From the NCBI GenBank assembly GCA_964590205.1, contig CAZPVO010000001.1, positions 175,873 through 239,872 on the forward strand: a stretch of 64,000 nt of DNA, in the 5' to 3' direction. This document shows positions 25,978 to 35,156 of this stretch, piece by piece; position 1 is the first letter of the stretch, and every line of letters starts with the position of its first letter. Source of the DNA: an uncultured Candidatus Saccharibacteria bacterium. GTDB taxonomy: Bacteria > Patescibacteriota > Saccharimonadia > Saccharimonadales > JAGQNJ01. The notes beneath the pieces were generated by a model. It made no database searches. It was not told the DNA's origin and saw nothing but the letters and a program-made list of their open reading frames with translations. The translations under genes and the position numbers were made by a program.

Positions 25978-26775
25978 ATGAAAAAACTCAACCAAAAAGG
26001 TTTTACTGCATTCGAAATAATCCTCTTAATTGTTGTGCTATTGCTGATTGCAGGAGCTGGCTACTACGTCTGGAAACTGCGAAGCGCAAACAAACCGGCC
26101 GGTGACACTTCTCCAAGTAAGCCTCACACATCAGAGAAAAAAGAAGAGCCAAGGGCTTACGATGTTTCTGGTCTTGGAGTAAAGCTAAAATATCCCAAAG
26201 ATTGGGGGGAGGCTACTTTAGCAGACGGACCTATTATGTCTCCCGGTACAGGCTCTTACAAACAGCTTACATTTTCTAGTCAAAAAAATATTAATATTAA
26301 CTTTGTTGTCGGGGCTTATAATAGCCCACTTGATGGCTGTGGCCTCGGCACCCCTGAAGAAAATGAGAAGCATGCACTCAATGCTGTAGAAGCATCTGTA
26401 ATAGGATGGGACGCCACCAATGTTAAGAGGTATATGTCAGGCCAAGGGACACCTGCAAAAGTTTATATGTACAGCATTAAGCCTGGAGAGATCGGTGATG
26501 GTTGGGTGAGTGTCTCGACAAGCGATAAAGTACTTGAATATAAAGACATTGATAGTGAATCAAACCGCTGGAAAGCTGACTCTGCGGGGCTTGCTTGCGG
26601 TACTGTTACCCAAGCACAGGCAGATGCGGCAAATGCATATAAGAAGTATGTCCATTATGCGGTAAACGTTTCAAATGATAAGTTTAAAGGTGCTAATGCA
26701 CAATATGATGCAAGAACAAATGATGATTCAGCACTCCGTGCGAAAATAGTAACAGTTCTTAATAGCATCCAATAG
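25978..26775 (+). CDS. Type IV pilin-like protein with canonical prepilin motif, type B paralog 1
   Basis: MKKLNQKG|FTAFEIILLIVVLLLIAG has Gly at -1, Phe at +1 and Glu at +5. The C-terminal domain begins with LKYPKDW. Confidence 0.65.
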   Translation: MKKLNQKGFTAFEIILLIVVLLLIAGAGYYVWKLRSANKPAGDTSPSKPHTSEKKEEPRAYDVSGLGVKLKYPKDWGEATLADGPIMSPGTGSYKQLTFSSQKNININFVVGAYNSPLDGCGLGTPEENEKHALNAVEASVIGWDATNVKRYMSGQGTPAKVYMYSIKPGEIGDGWVSVSTSDKVLEYKDIDSESNRWKADSAGLACGTVTQAQADAANAYKKYVHYAVNVSNDKFKGANAQYDARTNDDSALRAKIVTVLNSIQ

Positions 26776-26782
26776 GAGATAT

Positions 26783-27379
26783 ATGAAAAAACTCAATCAA
26801 ACGGGAATCGCAGGCACACTTGTTGCACTCATAATAGTACTAGTCTTGGCGGTTGGAGGCGTTGGCTACTATGTTTGGCACACCAAGCAGGCTACTGACA
26901 AGACTCTCAACGACACTTCTAATAGTGTCGGCGAACCAACTAACGCAACTTCAAAAAACACTACTACTTCAACGACCACAAAACCAGCCGACAGTATTAA
27001 ATACCTTGCAATAAAGGAGTGGAAGGTAGAGATTACACTTTCCGTTGCGACAAAAGATACACAATATGCTTTTGCGAACGGCAGTAGCTCAACTGTATAT
27101 ATATATTCTAAAACCGTTGCTGATAAGTATGCCGGCTGTCAAGGTGGAGGCTATACGCTTGTTAGAGCTAATGGTAATGATACGATTGGCAATACTACTT
27201 ATGAAGCGGCAGCCAAGGATCCGCAATCAGGTTTTAATAAAGATATAAAGAAGGTAGGCGACTATTATTACAGAAGAGTTAGTCATCAAGTGTACTGTAC
27301 TAGCCAGTCTACAGCAGATGAAAAAGCGGCCTCTGCGCTACTGAGCCCGACTTTCGATACGCTGCAAGTAACTAACTAA
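26783..27379 (+). CDS. Pilin-like N-terminally anchored protein, type A paralog 2
   Basis: MKKLNQTG|IAGTLVALIIVLVLAVGGVGYYVW. Its linker and KYLAIKEWKVE domain parallel the gene at 25372. Confidence 0.6.
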   Translation: MKKLNQTGIAGTLVALIIVLVLAVGGVGYYVWHTKQATDKTLNDTSNSVGEPTNATSKNTTTSTTTKPADSIKYLAIKEWKVEITLSVATKDTQYAFANGSSSTVYIYSKTVADKYAGCQGGGYTLVRANGNDTIGNTTYEAAAKDPQSGFNKDIKKVGDYYYRRVSHQVYCTSQSTADEKAASALLSPTFDTLQVTN

Positions 27380-27391
27380 AAAGGAACAGAT

Positions 27392-28066
27392 ATGAAAAAA
27401 CTCAACCAACAAGGAATCGCCGGCACTCTTGTAGCACTCATCATTGTACTTGTGCTCGCTGTAGGCGGCGTCGGCTACTACGTCTGGAAAATGCGAGGCG
27501 ACAGCAAGCCAGCTGGAGACACGGCGCCTAGTAAGCCACGAACAAGCACAAAGAAAGAGGCTGAAAAGCCAGCCCCAGATCCAACAGCTGATTGGGCGGC
27601 CTATTCGAACAAAGAAGGACAATTTTCGTTCAAATATCCTAAAACATGGGTACAGGCAACTCATCCAGAATTATGTAGCCCGGGTATTGCCCTGTTTGGT
27701 GCAAGTACTAGCTCTGTTGGCGTTTGTGCCTCAGAAAGTTTTGGTCAAATGAGCTTTATTTCACAGGCTGGTGATAAAACAGCCGAAAACCGAGAGACGA
27801 GCACAGATTATCTAGACATTACCTCAGAGACATTTACGATAAATGGAGTAACAGGCACAAAATATAGTGGTACCTATAAAGCCCCTCATGACCACACTGC
27901 ACAGCCCGTACCTGCACCTGGCACGAAATCGATAAATTATGTTATAGCTGCAAATGGGAGAACCTACACGATGTCCTATCAATCTGCTAACGCGACATCA
28001 ACGTACCCAGATGCGCTTAATGACTTCAATACACTCGTAACAAAAACCTTTAAGTTTACTCCTTAA
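27392..28066 (+). CDS. Pilin-like N-terminally anchored protein, type B paralog 2
   Basis: MKKLNQQG|IAGTLVALIIVLVLAVGGVGYYVW. Its KPAGDTAPSKP linker and FKYPKTW domain parallel the gene at 25978. Confidence 0.6.
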   Translation: MKKLNQQGIAGTLVALIIVLVLAVGGVGYYVWKMRGDSKPAGDTAPSKPRTSTKKEAEKPAPDPTADWAAYSNKEGQFSFKYPKTWVQATHPELCSPGIALFGASTSSVGVCASESFGQMSFISQAGDKTAENRETSTDYLDITSETFTINGVTGTKYSGTYKAPHDHTAQPVPAPGTKSINYVIAANGRTYTMSYQSANATSTYPDALNDFNTLVTKTFKFTP

Positions 28067-28072
28067 GATTCT

Positions 28073-28081
28073 TGCTACAAT
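28073..28081 (+). promoter_or_regulatory. Extended -10 box (TGCTACAAT), 6 nt before the uvrB ATG (leaderless geometry)
   Basis: Direct read. Confidence 0.5.
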
Positions 28082-28087
28082 ATAGGG

Positions 28088-30052
28088 ATGGCTAGGTTTA
28101 AGTTATCCTCAAAATACAAGCCGACTGGTGATCAACCCAAAGCTATTGAAGCATTGGTCAAAAATATCGAAGCTGGCACCAAAGAACAAACTCTTTTGGG
28201 TGTAACGGGTTCTGGTAAGACTTTTACGATGGCTAATGTTATTGAGAATCAACAAAAGCCAACTCTAGTGCTGAGTCATAACAAAACGCTGGCTGCGCAG
28301 CTGTACAACGAATTCCGCCAATACTTCCCTGAAAACGCTGTTCATTATTTTGTTAGCTATTTTGATTACTATCAACCAGAGGCGTACATTCCGCGGTCGG
28401 ATACATATATAGAAAAAGATTCACAGATTAACGAGGAGATCGATCGACTGCGACACGCTGCAACTGACGCGCTTTTAACACGTCGTGACGTCATTATTGT
28501 TGCTAGCGTGAGCTGTATTTATGGCATTGGCTCGGTTGAAGATTACGGCAACCTGGCAATCAAGATTAAAACAGGTGAACGACGGGTGCGCGATAAGTTT
28601 TTGCGCCAATTAACCGATATTCAGTATTCTCGCAACGACATAGATTTTCGGCGTGGTACGTTTCGAGTTCGCGGTGACGTGGTTGACGTGTTTCCGGCTG
28701 GTGAGGAGCTTGGTTACCGGCTTGAATTCTTTGGTGATGAAATAGAGAGAATCCTAAAAATTGATCCATTGACAGGTGAGGTCTTGGCAAAACCGAGTGA
28801 TTTGTCTATTTTCCCAAGCTCGCACTACGTTACACCGCAAGACAAGCTCAAACTAGCACTCGGAGAAATAAAAAATGAGCTCGATAACCGGCTGCAGCTA
28901 TTTAAGAAAAACGGTCAACTGCTGGAAGCACAGCGGCTGGAACAACGCACCAATTTTGACATCGAAATGATGGAAGAAACAGGCTTTGTTAAAGGCATCG
29001 AAAACTACAGCCGCTATCTAACTAATCGTGAAGAAGGCGAACAGCCAGCTACACTGCTGGATTATTTCCCAGATGATTATTTAATGTTTATCGATGAGTC
29101 GCACATGACACTTCCGCAGGTGCGCGGTATGTATAACGGTGATCGCGCCCGCAAGGAAGTGCTGGTGGAGCATGGATTCAGGTTGCCAAGCGCGCTGGAT
29201 AACCGCCCGCTGACTTTCCCAGAGTTCGAGCGCCACGTAAATAAAGTTGTATACGTCAGCGCTACGCCAGCGGACTATGAATTGAGCCGCAGTCCAAAAC
29301 CTGTCGAGCAAGTGATTCGTCCAACTGGACTGATTGATCCACCGATCGAAGTCCGTCCGGTTGAAAAGCAAATTGACGACTTGATAGATGAAATCAAAAA
29401 GACAGTCGATAAACAACAGCGTGTGCTCGTTACGACGCTCACAAAGCGCATGGCTGAGGATCTGACCGACTACCTCAAAGAAATTAACATAAAAGTCACC
29501 TATCTTCACAGCGATGTTGACACACTGGAGCGAACTGACATTTTGCGGGATTTACGGCTAGGTACCTATGACGTTGTGGTTGGCATTAACTTGCTGCGCG
29601 AAGGCTTGGATCTGCCAGAAGTAAGCTTGGTGGCAATTTTAGACGCCGACAAAGAAGGGTTCTTACGAAGTGAACAAGCTTTGATCCAGACTATCGGTCG
29701 TGCTGCTCGCCACGTTGAAGGGCACGTTATTATGTATGCCGATCACGAAACCGGCAGCATGAAACGGGCTATCGGCGAAACGAACCGTCGCCGTAAAATT
29801 CAAGAAGAATACAATAAAAAACACGGTATTACACCAAAAGGTATTGCTAAAGCAATTGAAGAAAATACCTTGCCACGCTCACCAAAAGAGGACAAACCCA
29901 AACTAGATCTTAAGAGAATTCCAGCCGAAGAATATCAACCACTTATTCGCGACTTAACTGCTCAAATGGATTTGGCAGCAGCAAATTTAGAATTTGAAAA
30001 AGCCGCTGAACTCCGCGACCTAATTGATGAAGTTAAAGCTAAGATAAAATAG
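28088..30052 (+). CDS. uvrB: Excinuclease ABC subunit B
   Basis: GVTGSGKT Walker A, DESH box, helicase motifs, and a C-terminal UVR motif ([11 protein letters not shown]). Confidence 0.95.
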   Translation: MARFKLSSKYKPTGDQPKAIEALVKNIEAGTKEQTLLGVTGSGKTFTMANVIENQQKPTLVLSHNKTLAAQLYNEFRQYFPENAVHYFVSYFDYYQPEAYIPRSDTYIEKDSQINEEIDRLRHAATDALLTRRDVIIVASVSCIYGIGSVEDYGNLAIKIKTGERRVRDKFLRQLTDIQYSRNDIDFRRGTFRVRGDVVDVFPAGEELGYRLEFFGDEIERILKIDPLTGEVLAKPSDLSIFPSSHYVTPQDKLKLALGEIKNELDNRLQLFKKNGQLLEAQRLEQRTNFDIEMMEETGFVKGIENYSRYLTNREEGEQPATLLDYFPDDYLMFIDESHMTLPQVRGMYNGDRARKEVLVEHGFRLPSALDNRPLTFPEFERHVNKVVYVSATPADYELSRSPKPVEQVIRPTGLIDPPIEVRPVEKQIDDLIDEIKKTVDKQQRVLVTTLTKRMAEDLTDYLKEINIKVTYLHSDVDTLERTDILRDLRLGTYDVVVGINLLREGLDLPEVSLVAILDADKEGFLRSEQALIQTIGRAARHVEGHVIMYADHETGSMKRAIGETNRRRKIQEEYNKKHGITPKGIAKAIEENTLPRSPKEDKPKLDLKRIPAEEYQPLIRDLTAQMDLAAANLEFEKAAELRDLIDEVKAKIK

Positions 30053-30106
30053 TGAAAACAATTTCACTTGAAACTAGTGACTAAACGGCAGTAGAATTGC
30101 TTTACC

Positions 30107-30934
30107 ATGACTGAAGTGGCCGAGTGCGGCATTGAATATAACATTATTTCCGACGTACATACACGAGATGATTTATTAAAAGAAGCCTTGAGTTTGCCGG
30201 GTATGCCGGCAATGCTCGGTGACTTGGTTGATGGCATTGGCAACGAAAAAGAAACACTAAAAATGGCCCGATATCTGTTTGATCCTAACTATCCTAATAT
30301 CGGAGCTGGCAACCACGAAACTGAGCGTATACAAGTCGTGAATGCCGCTATGCATATTAAAGAAGGAATGGCGCCGCCGGAATTTGAACAATATGTCGAT
30401 GCTTGGGTAAATGCACCCCGCATGGGACGATACGCTCTTGCTAGTTACAGCGTGAGTTTGCGTAAATACAAGACTGGTGTTGACCGAGTTATGGCCATGT
30501 ATGATCGTATGCAAGAAGACAAGTTGTTTGATTTTCTCTTAAGTCTACCGGCCTTTCTTGAACTGTCCGATTACGAAGACCCTGCTAATAAACAAAGAGG
30601 TGTTATTGCCATTCATGCTGGCATGACCGATGATCCTTGGCAGCAGCAACGGAGCGATCTCAAGCGATTTACTCGCGAATTACGCATGGGAGATGTTGGC
30701 CAAATGCCGCCGCAAATTTATAGTCCCAATTTAGCACGTACCCCAGCTGGTTTTAGTGCAACTAAAAAAACAGTTGTGACTGGTCATGTGCCGCTTGAAA
30801 TGCCATTACATCAGCGGATTACGGCTGACGGCAAGCGCGTACGTCTTGGCTCACCAATTAAACATGTGAGCGAGAGCCCATTGTTCACCTACAACACTAA
30901 AAATCGAGAAGTAATTCCAGTTCAAGCCGCCTAG
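30107..30934 (+). CDS. Calcineurin-like metallophosphoesterase
   Basis: Motifs in order: ISDVH, GDLVDG, GNHE, HAG, TGH. Confidence 0.7.
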   Translation: MTEVAECGIEYNIISDVHTRDDLLKEALSLPGMPAMLGDLVDGIGNEKETLKMARYLFDPNYPNIGAGNHETERIQVVNAAMHIKEGMAPPEFEQYVDAWVNAPRMGRYALASYSVSLRKYKTGVDRVMAMYDRMQEDKLFDFLLSLPAFLELSDYEDPANKQRGVIAIHAGMTDDPWQQQRSDLKRFTRELRMGDVGQMPPQIYSPNLARTPAGFSATKKTVVTGHVPLEMPLHQRITADGKRVRLGSPIKHVSESPLFTYNTKNREVIPVQAA

Positions 30935-31932
30935 GCAGCGTCAAGTATTAAGTCTGCTGTTTCATCTGGTTCAAGTTGTGGCTTAAGATGATTCCCGCTC
31001 ACAGCTCTATAGCGGCGAACGAATCGTGATACATTTTGATGTACAGTTGCCTCATCAAATAAATGATCATCAACCATCTGTATAACATCTACCGGAATCT
31101 CTTTGTTTCTCAGGTACTGAATCGTTTGTCGACTATCCACGCCCACGACATGTCGCATCTCGCCAGCAGTTAAGTACGGATGCTTGGCAACATAATCAAT
31201 CACATGTTGCAAAACTCCTAGGTCAAATTCTTCGTGAAGCAGCGGCAAGGCGGGTACTAGTTCTTCCTTAAAGAAGCCAGGCAAGCGACTGGCCATTACG
31301 AGCATGTTATGATCTTCCAGCCCTGCTGAACCAATAACGGTTACCGATCCAACTTTATCTAATTTATGGGCTGCAATCTCTAAAGAAATTGGTCCACCCA
31401 TGGAATGTCCAACCAAGTGTACTGGTTTATTCGACTGAGCATAGGCTCGACGTACCACAGCATAGCCAGCTTTTGAAGTTTGCACCTCAGGCGTCAGCAA
31501 CTGCCAAGGATCAGTTATTAATTCTTTGATATCAGTAATCAGGTTTACAGGATTTAATTTATGAGCGAGACCTTTATTGTCGGGATGAGATTTATACGTT
31601 GTAGCTCGACCACCACCGAGGGCAATCATGCGACGTATCTTGCTGTAGCTTGGCTTAATGCCCATAAACCCAGGTATAAGCACGTATCGCTCCGGATTTG
31701 GATTTTTATCATCATCAAGCCATTCATCAGTGAAGTCCACTTCAACGCCAGCAATTTTGGCGATGCCTCTTTGAATGTGAGTTCCAAAATCGGCATCGAT
31801 ATAATCCTCGTAAATTAAAACACCCCTTGCGATTTCGGCAGGGGGTGTTAATTGTTCAGGTGAAGCAGCAACATGCAAGCGCTGGCCCATTTCTGGGCTT
31901 AGTTCGCCTCCGTTTGTTTCAGTTACCGCCAT
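30931..31932 (-). CDS. Alpha/beta-fold hydrolase
   Basis: Nucleophile elbow GHSMGG. The stop overlaps the convergent gene's stop (shared ctag). Confidence 0.7.
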   Translation of the reverse strand: MAVTETNGGELSPEMGQRLHVAASPEQLTPPAEIARGVLIYEDYIDADFGTHIQRGIAKIAGVEVDFTDEWLDDDKNPNPERYVLIPGFMGIKPSYSKIRRMIALGGGRATTYKSHPDNKGLAHKLNPVNLITDIKELITDPWQLLTPEVQTSKAGYAVVRRAYAQSNKPVHLVGHSMGGPISLEIAAHKLDKVGSVTVIGSAGLEDHNMLVMASRLPGFFKEELVPALPLLHEEFDLGVLQHVIDYVAKHPYLTAGEMRHVVGVDSRQTIQYLRNKEIPVDVIQMVDDHLFDEATVHQNVSRFVRRYRAVSGNHLKPQLEPDETADLILDAA

Positions 31933-32070
31933 TTTTTTGTGTCCTATTTTAGAACTAACTCACTAATAATTATGCACGCCGGCAAAAAAATTGTAAAGAT
32001 AATTTTGTTTATGTTTATTTGTTGGGATGAAACGGACAGGGTACAATAAGATGAAAATCTGAGTTCATGC

Positions 32071-34128
32071 ATGCAATATTATTTTGAACTATATACCCTA
32101 AGTGATGAGCTTTCCGAGGAGCTATGGAATACGCTCTATAAAACCATCGCCCAGTATTCGGGTACGATTGGTAAATTTCAGATCATTTTGAAACTGGAAG
32201 ACAATGTTGTACGTTATTTTATTGCTTCCGATAAGGACCTTGGGGTGCTTTCCAATAACCTTGAGCATGTCGTGCTAAGGCCTGCTGCAAAAGATGATTG
32301 CACACCTCCAAAAACTGAAGGTAAGGAGCGTTTTGTTAACTTTGTAACTGGTGGAAGTCTACTAGACGTGAAGGAAAAGTACGGAGTTAAGAGAGGCAAG
32401 CACCTCGAATACGTGACCTTTACAGTGCGCAGTGTGGCAGCATCTAAAGCCGTAACGACTGGCAAGCTTTACTTTAAGACTGCTGCGGGCACTTATACGC
32501 TTGGAAGTAAGTTGTTTAATTTCTTTCCAGCAAAATTACTGACCGTAGATTTTAAGCAAAACACGAAGTATCTTAAAAAAACTCCTCCAAAGTATTTAAA
32601 TATCGAAAAGACTCTTCATATTTTGGACAGCGCACCGGCCAATGCTCTGTTTGAAATCGACACATTTCCGTATTTTTCACATAATTATTATCTGAACATT
32701 CATAACTACGAATTTGATAAGCACTCATTTATTATTGGTGCCAGCGGTAGTGGAAAGTCAAAGTTCATCGAATTATTCGTTGATCGAATTCGCCAAACTT
32801 CGGCGGCTATGAATTACCGCATTGTCGTGATTGACCCTCATGCCTCGCTTGATCTGCAACATATTCCGCAATCCACCACTATTAACTTTAGCGGCGAAAC
32901 GACTGAGCTTTTCCCTGGTGCTGGAACAGATACCACTGCTGCAACAGAACTAACGAGTACGCTCTTTAAATCCCTTTTAGCGGACCAGTTCAACCCAAAG
33001 CTCGAGCGCGTCATGCGTTTTACGATCTATGTTTTGTTGGTTGCTCAGAGTATGTCGATGGATTATTTGAAGCGCTTTTTGACCGATTTAGATCTTAGAA
33101 CACAAGTACTTCAACACGTCGAAGGCCACGTGCCACCAAACATCACGCGCTTTTTCCAGACCGATTTCAATGAAATTCGTACTCAACATTATGACGAGGC
33201 CATCGTGCCGATAATCTCCCTGGTTGATGAAATGCAGATGCAGCCAGCGTTGGTGAATGAAAGCGATCAAAGCCTCGCGAAACTTATTAACGACAACTTC
33301 CTAACAGTCTTTTCGCTGAACAAAGTTAGTATGGGTGAAAAGGTTGTCAAAACAGTTTCCGGATTGCTGATTCAGCAGATATTTCTGTTGGCCCAAGCTA
33401 GGGCGTTTGGCCAAAAAGTTATTTTGATTATTGATGAGGTGTCAGTTGTTCAAAATCCAGCACTTGCCCAGATTTTGGCTGAGGCGCGTAAGTTTAATTT
33501 ATCAGTTATTTTAACGCAGCAGTATTTTGGGCAGATTGAGAAAGACTTACGAGCGGCCATCTTCAGTAACGTCTTTAATTACTACGCTTTTAAAGTATCC
33601 GAAGAAGATGCTCGGTCACTGGAGGGTAATTTAAACATCGAACTGCCCAAAGAGTTAATTGATCAAGAAAACAAGCATGGCATTAAAGAAGATCAGCTCA
33701 AAGTAAAGATTATGACCGAGCTGCACCCACGTGAGTGCTTGGTGCGTGTCACGGCTGGCGGGCAGATCTTGCCGGCGGTTAAAGCCCGCACACTGGACGT
33801 GCCAAACTATAATGCTGCGGCTGCAAAGAGTGATCCACAAAAAGCGGCGAAGCTCAAACCGTACGAACAAAAACAGTTGCCAGCAAAGTTTATTGAAGGC
33901 GCGGACAGTAATCTTGCGCCGGTTTCGATGCATGAAGAACCGCATATGGCAATTGCTCAAGCCGCTGCCCAAGCGAATGCAGGTGTGCCCTCGTCTGTGC
34001 AAGTTCAGGCGTCGGAGAAACAACCGCCAGCCCCGCCACCAAATCCGACTAAGCGCATGAGCCTCAGCGAGCTCTTGGCGGCACATTCATCGAGTAGGGA
34101 TTTCATAAACAAGCGAAAGGAAAAATAA
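32071..34128 (+). CDS. FtsK/HerA/VirD4-superfamily P-loop ATPase with unrecognised N-terminal domain
   Basis: Walker A GASGSGKS at about residue 224, Walker B LIIDEVS, then EARKFNLSVILTQQYFGQI as in HerA/TraG/VirD4 ATPases. The C-terminal tail is Pro/Lys/Ala-rich. Confidence 0.65.
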   Translation: MQYYFELYTLSDELSEELWNTLYKTIAQYSGTIGKFQIILKLEDNVVRYFIASDKDLGVLSNNLEHVVLRPAAKDDCTPPKTEGKERFVNFVTGGSLLDVKEKYGVKRGKHLEYVTFTVRSVAASKAVTTGKLYFKTAAGTYTLGSKLFNFFPAKLLTVDFKQNTKYLKKTPPKYLNIEKTLHILDSAPANALFEIDTFPYFSHNYYLNIHNYEFDKHSFIIGASGSGKSKFIELFVDRIRQTSAAMNYRIVVIDPHASLDLQHIPQSTTINFSGETTELFPGAGTDTTAATELTSTLFKSLLADQFNPKLERVMRFTIYVLLVAQSMSMDYLKRFLTDLDLRTQVLQHVEGHVPPNITRFFQTDFNEIRTQHYDEAIVPIISLVDEMQMQPALVNESDQSLAKLINDNFLTVFSLNKVSMGEKVVKTVSGLLIQQIFLLAQARAFGQKVILIIDEVSVVQNPALAQILAEARKFNLSVILTQQYFGQIEKDLRAAIFSNVFNYYAFKVSEEDARSLEGNLNIELPKELIDQENKHGIKEDQLKVKIMTELHPRECLVRVTAGGQILPAVKARTLDVPNYNAAAAKSDPQKAAKLKPYEQKQLPAKFIEGADSNLAPVSMHEEPHMAIAQAAAQANAGVPSSVQVQASEKQPPAPPPNPTKRMSLSELLAAHSSSRDFINKRKEK

Positions 34129-34826
34129 TGAACGAAAAACAAGCCAAAGAAGTACTCGACAAAATAGTTGGCCAAGTTTTTGGTTACCAAAATCCTTTCA
34201 CCCTTGAACAATTTGCTCAAAAGTATGCTTTTGATGTGCGTTTGCCTCAGCAAGTGACTGATGCAACTGATGGGAGCACGACATGGGCGCAATCAGTAAA
34301 CCCAACAAAGTTTATAACCATGGCCAATGCGCGCAAACGTGCCGATGTTGACGACTGGATTATCCCAAAACGGCCGCTTAACTCAATTGAAGATATGCTG
34401 GCTGCCTGGAATGAAGTTAACTTTACGGCGACGGAGCGTGAAATCCAGGGCATAAACGCTGCGCAGAGCGATATGGTGTATGAGTGTAATAATGTTTGGC
34501 GTTCTCAAGATGTACATCGTTCACAAAATATATTGTTTTGCGATGGTTGTATGGACATGGAAATGGTGGCTGCAAGCCAGCGATCGATTGCTTCAACGTA
34601 CAGTATTCGTTTAGAAGATAGCAAAGAATGTTCAAATAGCTTTTCAGTAAGCTGGAGCGGCAAAGTAAGCAACAGTTTCTTTATTCATGATTGTCATGAC
34701 GTGCATGATTCCATGTTTTGCTCGCATATTGCAGGTAAACGGTTCTGTATTGCCAACATGCAGTTTACCGAAGAAGAGTACAATCGACTCAAACCGATGG
34801 TGATTCAGTGGATTCTGACTAGCTAA
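34128..34826 (+). CDS. Hypothetical Cys/His-rich protein with hexad/dodecad repeat (possible beta-solenoid)
   Basis: TAATG overlap with the ATPase gene. The C-terminal approx. 100 aa parse into 16 consecutive hexads (see findings). Confidence 0.5.
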   Translation: MNEKQAKEVLDKIVGQVFGYQNPFTLEQFAQKYAFDVRLPQQVTDATDGSTTWAQSVNPTKFITMANARKRADVDDWIIPKRPLNSIEDMLAAWNEVNFTATEREIQGINAAQSDMVYECNNVWRSQDVHRSQNILFCDGCMDMEMVAASQRSIASTYSIRLEDSKECSNSFSVSWSGKVSNSFFIHDCHDVHDSMFCSHIAGKRFCIANMQFTEEEYNRLKPMVIQWILTS

Positions 34827-34842
34827 CAGGTGACACATCTTA

Positions 34843-34848
34843 TATAAT
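34843..34848 (+). promoter_or_regulatory. -10 box TATAAT, 10 nt before the gatC ATG
   Basis: Direct read. Confidence 0.4.
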
Positions 34849-34858
34849 TAGATCACTA

Positions 34859-35152
34859 ATGGCAATGCTCACACCCGAGGATGTATTAAAATTGGCCCGA
34901 TTAGCGCGGCTTCAGCTGACTGAAGACGAGCTTAATAAGTATTCCCAGGAGTTATCAGCGATCTTGCAGTATGTTGAGCAACTGGGCGAAGTGGAAACAA
35001 AAGGGCTGGAACCTACTTCACAAGTAACTGGTCTTACTGATGTAACTCGCGAAGACGAACTAATTAACTACGGAACGAGCGCTGAAGATTTGCTCAAAAA
35101 CCTGCCAGCACGTGAGAAAAACTACATTAAAGTTAAACGAGTCTTAGGATAA
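34859..35152 (+). CDS. gatC: Asp/Glu-tRNA amidotransferase subunit C
   Basis: LARLARLQLTEDEL...ILQYVEQL is typical of GatC; 97 aa. Confidence 0.9.
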   Translation: MAMLTPEDVLKLARLARLQLTEDELNKYSQELSAILQYVEQLGEVETKGLEPTSQVTGLTDVTREDELINYGTSAEDLLKNLPAREKNYIKVKRVLG

Positions 35153-35156
35153 CCTG

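Noticed and set aside
25372-28066. Diversity-generating retroelement (TR/VR) explanation for the repeated 5' ends of the pilin-like genes
   Set aside because: There is no reverse transcriptase in the window. The repeated part is the conserved N-terminal leader, not a C-terminal variable region, and the differences are not adenine-specific.
30053-30075. agtgaaa-acaa-tttcact hairpin after uvrB as an intrinsic terminator
   Set aside because: The 7-bp AT-rich stem has no following T-tract. It is too weak to call.
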